Origin: Octopus vulgaris | Taxonomy: Eukaryota | Assembly (NCBI GenBank): GCA_951406725.2 | Contig: OX597816.1 | Location: 145,018,001 to 145,082,000, forward strand | Direction: 5' to 3' | Length of the DNA: 64,000 nucleotides | Shown: one piece after another, positions 55,600-64,000 of the stretch | Layout of the letters: each line of letters starts with the position of its first letter | Numbering within the stretch: position 1 is the stretch's first letter | Translations under genes and position numbers: made by a program | The notes under the pieces: generated by a model | Databases searched by the model: none | What the model saw: the letters and a program-made list of their open reading frames with translations, nothing else | What the model was told of the DNA's origin: nothing

Positions 55600-57000
55600 A
55601 TAAAATGTATCAGTGTGTGAATACAAGGATTCTTTGTGGCGAAACAGCTTCATCCTACCCTACAAACAGAAGACATGGGTAGCTCCAATGCAACAGGAAA
55701 TAGAAACTTATGAAGATGTATGTAAAGATAAAGATCAGAGAAGCAAGACAAGCGAAAAGATAAACAATTTTTCCAAGGAGAAATGTAGAAAAGTGAAGGA
55801 ACCATCACAGAAGAGTCTATTCATAACAACAAACCCATCACTCGAATAATTGCTGAGAGCCTTACGAATTCAAGACGTATTCAATATACTAGAAGCAACG
55901 AACATCTGGAGGCGTCAATCATAAAATCATAAAACCACACACCACAGGTAGAAATATTCTATCGGAACACCTAAAGCACTTACAAAATCATTTAGCACTA
56001 TATTGTAAACAAATAATAATCTCTGTGTCAAAGGAAACGGAAACCCTTAAAATGTATTACCCCATAATTTAGGCTTATTACATCTTACAAATCTCATAAC
56101 TACAATAAAACCATGGCGTAAAATAAATATATTCAAAAAGATTCAACCACTAAACAAAAACAAGAGTGATGTCAAGTTTCATGACTCTGTACATCAACTG
56201 TTTTTCACCAATAGTAATCGAAGATGAGAAGACGAAATATTCTAAAGGAAGCTTGGACTGACTACCAAAAACCGATGGACTGTGGTACCCATCCAGGTAT
56301 CACGGTAGCCTTTGCTAAGACTGGTGAAACCAATAATAAGCAGGATCGTTAAACATACTTGCTCAGCACATGGCAAACAATTTTGTAGATACAGTTGAAG
56401 ATATAAAACTGAAAATGAAAACGCAATCTCAATTGAAAGTGGAAGGGAAATCCCCCACTCCACTTGTGATCAGCCTGGCTTTAGCACTTTTAAATAACAC
56501 AAAGGGATGCTTTGGAAAAATACACAAGCATCATAGTTTGAATATCATGAAATTTAATCAAAGGGTATTTGAGAATTGTAAACTAAAAACTCAAGTACAA
56601 GTGATTTTACAGAATGTCATTTTAGAAAGAGTATATATAAATGAAATACTAGATATCATACTTAACTCCAAAATTCGTGGTAAACCCCAAATGCAATACT
56701 GTGAGAGAAAACACGGCAAGGAAGACATATTCTGTATAATTTTAGACACTCTATATCGTTTAATATACGTTACCATCTCAGAAATACTGTGTGAAGGTAT
56801 GGGATAACAGCTTCATACACCAATTATAAATATAATACTATATATAAAAAAAACTCACAAAAAATAGTTATTAATGTAGGACATCCAAAACAGTTTTTAA
56901 AATCACATTCCATGAAGTAATAGATCTCGTAGAATACAACTTAGCAAAAAATATAGTTGTAATGCAAGAAAATATTTACTATCGAATGATATATACACAC
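55600..57000 (+). mobile_element. R4/Dong-like LINE RT relic, heavily decayed
   Basis: SKETETLKMYYPI (~NYRPI), AWTDYQKPMDCGTH (~WIDYKKAFDSVPH), PTPLVISL (~SPLLFVI). Confidence 0.55.
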
Positions 57001-58039
57001 AAAAAAAGTTAGAGAGAGCTGTTGTAATTTGTGAGTAGTACAGTTCCTTCTGTAACGAAGAGTAAGCGGGATGAATTTTGTGTGTGTTTAATATAAAACT
57101 AAAAAGATAGGGGAACTATTTATCTCAAATAATTATTTAAAATACGTTTTTAAGACGTAAAAGAATAAGGCGGGGTTGTGATAACTGTTTGTGTTTTGTT
57201 TTATCGCCTTCGTTTTCACATTTGCTTTGCACATAGAAATGGCAGAGTTATTTTTTAAAATTATTTTGCCGAGAACTGAGATTGATGTATACAATCTGTA
57301 TACTTGGGCTCATGAATAGCTAATTAGAATGCGGAGAGATGAATATGTTTATAGGTCTTCTTTCTTATTTTCGTTCATGTAAAAATAAATTTGTGTCTAT
57401 GACAGTTTATTTTCTTCAGTTTTCTGTATGAATTTATCTGACATTTCATTTTAATGTTAGCTACATTTTGTTTAAATTCTGTTGTTTCATAAAAATTGTG
57501 ACATACTTTCAAAAAGGAATAAAGAAAGACAATATAAACATAATAATCTTAGGTTGTGTACATATATGATAAACAACTGGAAATTTTATTGCATACAGTA
57601 CACGAATTCCTTAAAGGAATTACTACAAAATCCGGATTAGAAAAAATGCGCTAAGACAAGCATTGATTGAAAAAATAAAATACAAAAACAAAAACAAAAA
57701 TGAAAAAAAGAAACCATGAATGATAAAAAAAATATAGATAAACGAATTAAGCTAAACACAGACGTGTAAATATTTGGGAATTAGAAGTAAAGAACTAGTC
57801 AATGTACAGTACAAAAATGAGAAGAAAACTTCACAAGAATCGTAGTAGACATATTAGATTAATATTTTAAACAGAACTATGTGCAAAAAATAACGTAATA
57901 GGTACAAGGCACAAGAGCTTTAGCTGTCATTGTAATATGTTGTAGGCCCGATATTCTAAACGAGAAGGCAAATAAGATTACAAGACTGAAGATACAATCG
58001 CTTTAATTCTAACTCCCCCAACTCTCCAGCTATATATAC

Positions 58040-58854
58040 ATTGCAAAAAACTGCAATCATCAGATGAAACATAATTTTAAAAGCAAAATAATAGACTAAT
58101 AGCCCAAGAATACAGTAGAGACGTGGCTGAAGTCTGTCGAGGCCAACTATGAGATGGGAGAATGACCAACATAGTTGGCTGTTGAGTTTAAGAATATAGT
58201 TTTTGAAAGGGTGTATAATGATATCTAAAGTCAGTGACCCGGTTGAGATAAGAGTCTGCTAGACTGGTTTTTTGGGAGGCTGGAGTGGAGTATAGGTGAT
58301 ATTTTACTATAGTAGGCTTAGAGCAGTGGGTAGCTCGAAGGGGACCTTATACAAGTTAAGGATATAGATTTGTACCCTCCTCCAACTTTCAACCAATATC
58401 CACAGAACACCCCTAAATTATGTGTATCTCCGTCCTCCTCCTTTTGTCCTTTAGCCTTAGCTAGCGAATCCTAAACCCCGACCCTCTGCCTATTTGGGTT
58501 GTATGCATTTATTTTTCTTCATCCTTACTTTTGAATTCTTTATTCTTTCTTTGTCCTTAATTTATATTAGGTCCTCTCCCAGCTGCCCACCGTTCTTAGC
58601 CTGCTATAATAAAATATCACCTACACCCCACCCCAGCCTACCTAAAGACTAATTTAGCAGACTCCTATCTTACCCAGGTCGCTGACCTTACATATCATAT
58701 CACACTCTTTCACAAACTATATTTTTAAACTCAATGGCCAACTGTGTTGGTCATTCTCCCATTTCATAGTTACCTTCGACTGACGTCAGCCACGTCCCTG
58801 CTGTATTTTGTTTATAAAATTACATTTCATCTGATGATTCCTGTTTTTTGTAAT
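58040..58854. repeat. Long inverted repeat, arms 58040-58347 and 58569-58854
   Basis: Arms are diverged reverse complements; each outer end carries TTTCAT-CTGATGA. Confidence 0.85.
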
Positions 58855-59196
58855 ACAGTAATATACTCATTCTTCTATTAAAAAGATGAGCAAGAAACTG
58901 CTGAAATGAGCAGAAAATTATCCATCATATGTTATTATTCATTCCATTATAATATACCAAGGTGATTTATGACGTGTCTGACACCCTAGAGTATACCATC
59001 AACATACAATTAAACATAACACGCGCCTTGGACCAGCTTCTAGGCGCTAACTATTCGTAGTGTTGGTTTTCTCTGAGTATACAACCGGAATATCCTATTT
59101 GATACTTACCAACCATAGGCCGGAACCATAGGTTTATCCAACCCTACCAGGGGCATATCTTTTCAAGTACCTGATTCTATGTGACTCCTTATTTTA

Positions 59197-59310
<114 letters not shown>

Positions 59311-59508
59311 AGAAGAATATATAGGTGTATATATATATACATATGAAATATAGGTATATATATATATATATATATGTATATATCAGGAATAATTGAGATT
59401 CAGATGAATTAGGTACTTAAGTTAAAGCACCACGTCAGTCCGGTATTATCCGCACAGCTCGAAGTAAGGTGAATAAAATCAAAAGAAGCAAGAGGATATC
59501 AAGAAGTG

Positions 59509-59596
59509 ATGCAGTACGACCGTTTCAAGCGACTCCATCTAATTGAACAATGTAATCATTACATCAATTTAAATGCAGGGCTATCATCAGCTTCAC
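59509..59596 (-). ncRNA. Type-I hammerhead motif (family H3), intact core
   Basis: GTGAAG-CTGATGA-(long stem II)-GAAAC-GGTC-GTA-CTGCAT; one stem-I mismatch. Confidence 0.72.
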
Positions 59597-59641
59597 AAAT
59601 AAATAAAATCTTAATCAGTCTGATTAAAATTCTACTTACTT

Positions 59642-59729
59642 GTGCAACTGATGATAGCCCTGCATTTAACTTGATGTAATGATTACATTGTTCACTTAAA
59701 TGGAGTCGCTTCAAACGGTCGTACTGCAT
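59642..59729 (+). ncRNA. Hammerhead motif (H3), mirror copy with G12C lesion
   Basis: GTGCAA-CTGATGA-...-CAAAC-GGTC-GTA-CTGCAT. Confidence 0.55.
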
Positions 59730-59770
59730 CACCTCTTGATATCCTGTTGTTTATTTTGATTATATATATG

Positions 59771-59805
<35 letters not shown>

Positions 59806-59820
59806 GTGTATGTGTGTGTA

Positions 59821-60752
59821 TAATAATAAAAGGGTAAAATTTATCAAATAAATTAATAATTAATAATTCAATCAATTAATTAATAATTTCACCAAGTAGA
59901 TCGGTACGTTAAAATAACCTTTATAGGTAAAATTATACAAATATTTTATAATTATAAACATAATTATAATTAGGGTTCAGCTAATTGATTTACCACATAT
60001 CGAATTTAGATATAGGAGTTAAAATTCCTTTTCTTTTCTACTACTATAAGAATCTCCATGATGGTGACATATTTACGGAGGCAAGAGAAAAACAATGAAT
60101 CAACACGACCACGATTAACTATATAACGTTATTAAATTGCTATTAAATCGTGGTTTTGGCCGTGTTGGCTGCTTCTTCTAGCAGGTAAAATGACCTGTTA
60201 TTGGGTAATTTCTTTTGTGTTTAAATGTACACTATTTTAAAATTTGAATAAGTTGTTTATTGACTATTTATACAAGCTAGGCCACTGGTGGTGATATTTA
60301 TAACGAATATTCGCTACCCTATGTATGAATCTTATGAATATGTTCTTAGCATTCTCGAAGATTCAGCTCGGCATTATTTTTATTGCCGACTAGAACTACG
60401 CCTGCGAGCGGAATTTTGACAAATTATAACATAATGATGGGACACGTGTTATCTTGTCTCTAAATTATAAGTTAGTTATTGAGGCCGGTTACTGATGAGA
60501 ATTTCGCATGGCGGATGATATTGTTTGTTAAAGTACCTATTAAAAGGTGGCAGATAATATTATTTGCTAAAGAAATTTGAAACCATGGTATAACCGCAAA
60601 TAAAAATAACAGGGTAAAAGTTTTTAGTTTTCATTCCTCCGAAAATTGCTACTAATTCGTGGTTTTGGCCGTGTTGGCTGCTTCTTCTAGCATGTAAAAT
60701 TACCTGTTAAAGGGTAATATCTTTTGTGTTTAAATGTACACTATTTTAAAAT
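59821..60752 (+). mobile_element. Non-coding HHR cassette (H2) with partial tandem repeat, period 509 bp
   Basis: 60134-60243 is repeated at 60643-60752 with the HHR between them; homologous to 26005-26224 and 29160-29463. Confidence 0.75.
60486..60596 (+). ncRNA. Type-I hammerhead ribozyme, intact core, extended stem II
   Basis: CGGTTA-CTGATGA-GAATTTC...GAAATTT-GAAAC-CATG-GTA-TAACCG. Confidence 0.85.
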
Positions 60753-60844
60753 TATATATATATATATATACTTACACACGCACATACACGCACACACACA
60801 TTAACCTTTAAGCCTTCTGTAGTTTTTTCACTTTTTACTATTTT

Positions 60845-60904
<60 letters not shown>

Positions 60905-61150
60905 TACGAGAAAAAAGCAACAAGAATGGATTAGTTTTGTACTAAAAAACTAATCCATTCTTGTTGTTTTTTCTCGTTTATAATCACCCCACATTATTGT
61001 ATGGTTAATACCATATAGTTTTCTGGTGCATCTAAGTTAAGTACCGCATTCAAGTGAATTCATTAGAACTGACTTGAATCTTAATTGCTTTTACTGTATA
61101 TATAAATATATATATATATTTGTATATAGTAAATAACACATATATATATG

Positions 61151-61197
<47 letters not shown>

Positions 61198-63110
61198 ATA
61201 AACAGTTATATATATATATATATATATACATGCGTATATATGGGTACAGGACATCACCAACGGTGCAAACAGCATGAAATACTTAAACAAACGAGTTAAA
61301 TACCTAAACAACCAAAAAATGGAAAACAGAACAAGTAAACACAGAGAAAGGACCTTTCATCAGTTGTCGGCTGTCTATCTACTCCCTATTTCGAGAATTC
61401 AACGACAATGTGAGTTTTCAAAGACAGTTTAGGATTTAAGGATGGTCAAAGTGTGGAACAAAAACGTGACAGTGGAGACATACAAGGAAACCGAACGAAA
61501 ACAAACAGAGATAAAATACGGCTTATTTTTGGTGTGAGATTAAAAGCTAAGTATTAAAATTATATATTTCCAGTCGCTACTTGATTAGTACCTAATTTAT
61601 TTACGCATAAAATAAGGGTAAAATATAAAAATAAAACGAAAAAACTTATTGCCGCCATTTGAACTCATTATTCAAAGAGAGAGAGAGAGAGAGAGGGAGG
61701 GAGAGGTGATGGAGGGAGAGAGAGAGAGTGAGTGAGAAATGAGGGAGAGAGGGAGACCAAAGTGCCGCAAATAATGTTTTTCATCATTCTATTTATTCTA
61801 CTACGGACAGCTCTAATACGGTCTTATGTTTTATAATTTTCTGGAAATCAAATAACATTCAGTAGATCGTATGCCAAAAAAATAAAAATAAAATATCAAG
61901 ATGTATGTTCAACAAAAGATTTTTGTAAATGATATTAAAGTGTATTTTTATGAAGATAAAAATAGCTCTTAAATCAATTTTTTTAGTGAATATAAATATT
62001 TAAATTTGAAATTGAAACAAACGGAAAGATAAAGATAAAAATTCACATTGTTTACGTAAATTTATTAAGCTATTCGGAACATATTAAATAAAATATATCT
62101 GCACACATACACATATACAAATGCTTACACACATATATACCCCCACACACGTATGCATTATGAAGACGTGTGAGTGTGAGTAGATGTATGTATATTGATC
62201 AAATATGCACTTAGCGCCATTCCTATGGTACGATATCTAGTACTTCATGAACAACAGCGAATGAAGCTGGGTTGAAGATGGAGAAAAAAATAGGCATAAA
62301 AATATAAATACGGACCAAGAGAACGGATGAATAATTCAACAAAGTCTGACTTGACTCTTCGGCGAACTGCAGTGGGTATGAGCTACCTTATCCTAAACAA
62401 ATATGTACAGTTTTTCAGTAGGACTAACCTCAGAAGGAATCGGACAAGAAAAGAAGAATTTCAATGCTTATTTAAGCGGTTGTATTGGGCGATTGTGAAA
62501 TGGGAAAATTGTAACGTCAGGATGTTCTTCCAATAGAATTTACTGCCTTCATGTCACACTCGCTCATGACAATCTGTTTTAATTGGCAGTAAGAATATTA
62601 ACGTCAACAGAGCTTCTGAGGGCTCTGTACCATAACATTACCAGTCGCACCACATGTTGCAGCTGTAGGGCTGGTAAAATAAATATTCCTCAGCACAGAA
62701 CTAAAAGCTGACGATCAAGAGGTCTTTCCCATGTCCACAACAACTAGTACTACTATAATGCTATGAGCAAGACATGGAGTGCAAGAAGAGGTGCAAAAAT
62801 ATCGAATTACAAATATAATTTAAAAAGCCATGCTACAAAAAGCAAGTAAAAGCAATTGGAATTTGTGAGGAATGATCACTTCTCCAGTACATGTTTTTCA
62901 TTAGCTACACAAAAGGCAAATCGTTCTTTATAAAACTAACAAATCTCAAGCAAAATGGTAGAGACGAGATTAAATCATAAGCAAAAATAAAAAATGAAAA
63001 ACACCTGAAAAGCTGTATATTAGTGAGTAATGAAATTAACTAACCTACCCAGAGGCTATAGGATTCCGTATGTTGTACTGATCATCCGAAACGCTTATAT
63101 ACATAGTCTA

Positions 63111-64000
63111 CGAGGGGTGTTCAATAAGTAATGCCCGTGACCCACTTCCCATAGCTGTAAAGCAACGAAACATGGCACAGTTATTAGTCTTTTTCTACAT
63201 AGGAACCACCCAGAATTACGCATTTCTCTCATTGTTTGATGCAGCTCTGGAGACCGTTTTTGTAGAAGATCCCAGCTTGGTCTTCCAACCACAAGGTGAC
63301 TTCAGAAATCAAGGCTGCATCATCTGGGAAACGCATTCCTTTCAAAAACAACTTCATGGCTGGGAAGAGGTGAAAATTAGAGGGTGCAAGGTCAGGAGAG
63401 TAGGGGAGATTGACAAGGAGTTCATAGCCGCACGCCTGTGCTTCTGATCTGGCAACACGCGAGTTGTGGACCGGAGCGTTGTCCTGAAGGAGGAGGATGC
63501 CTTTGCTGATCTTGCCCCGCCTGTTGAATTTGATAGCTTCTCTTAATTTCCTCAAAAGTGAAGCATAATAGGCTCCTGTAATTGTGGTACCCATTGCCAG
63601 GGAGTCTGTCATCACTACTCGGTCCTAGTCCCAGAAGACTGTGAGCATGACCTTGCCAGCGGAGGGCTGCAGCCTTGCCTTCTTTGGAGGAGGTGAGTCA
63701 CGGTGCTTCCACTGCATTGACTGGGCTTTGGTCTCTGGATCATAGTGATGGATCCAGGTTTCATCCTGTGTAATCAGTCTTTTGAAAAATTTGACTCATC
63801 TTCTTGGCACCTCTCCAAATTCATCCTCGAGCACTCGACGCGTTCTTGCTTCTGGAAAAGTGTGAGCAACCTGGGAATCCATCTGGCAGACACCTTTTGC
63901 GTATGCAAATGGTCATGAATGATAGTTTCCACAGACCCGGTACTAATCTGGACCTCATGGGCTATTTAGCGAATAGTTATGCGTCGATCTTCCAAAATGG
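63111..64000 (-). mobile_element. Mariner transposon, 3' part; runs off the end of the window
   Basis: TA|CGAGGGGTGTTCAATAAGTAATG TIR; minus-strand SARWIPRLLT, ITQDETWIHHYDPETK, LLQDNAPVH, YSPDLAPSNF. Confidence 0.92.

Noticed and set aside
61350-61400. Minus-strand GAAA ... CTGATGA (type-II HHR order)
   Set aside because: The required stems and cleavage triplet cannot be formed
62300-62900. Possible HERO/NeSL LINE relic (EEFQCLFKRL, LYHNI..VGLG)
   Set aside because: Similarity too weak to support without a search

Overview
AT-rich, microsatellite-dense animal genomic DNA. The SINE families and the (TA)n/(TACA)n/(CTAT)n landscape suggest an Octopus-like cephalopod; this is inference, not a database result. 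No host gene can be called with confidence, and most tracked ORFs are microsatellite artefacts. The window is a transposon graveyard: a young 5'-truncated CR1/L2-type LINE with one frameshift, a Penelope-like element (PLE, RT+GIY-YIG) and several GIY-YIG remnants, RTE, Tx1/L1, R4/Dong and CRE LINE relics, two clear mariners and a Tc1/maT relic, a non-autonomous Helitron and a Helitron helicase fragment, and many tRNA-derived SINEs. The most interesting unannotated signal is a set of type-I hammerhead ribozyme (HHR) motifs in non-coding, (TA)n-flanked cassettes. These form at least three sequence families, including a circularly permuted ~509-bp unit and a ~285-bp palindrome with an HHR on each strand. 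They sit alongside many fold-back inverted repeats anchored at (TA)n tracts. A low-confidence spliced minus-strand gene candidate (about 31.6 kb to 20.9 kb) is also noted.
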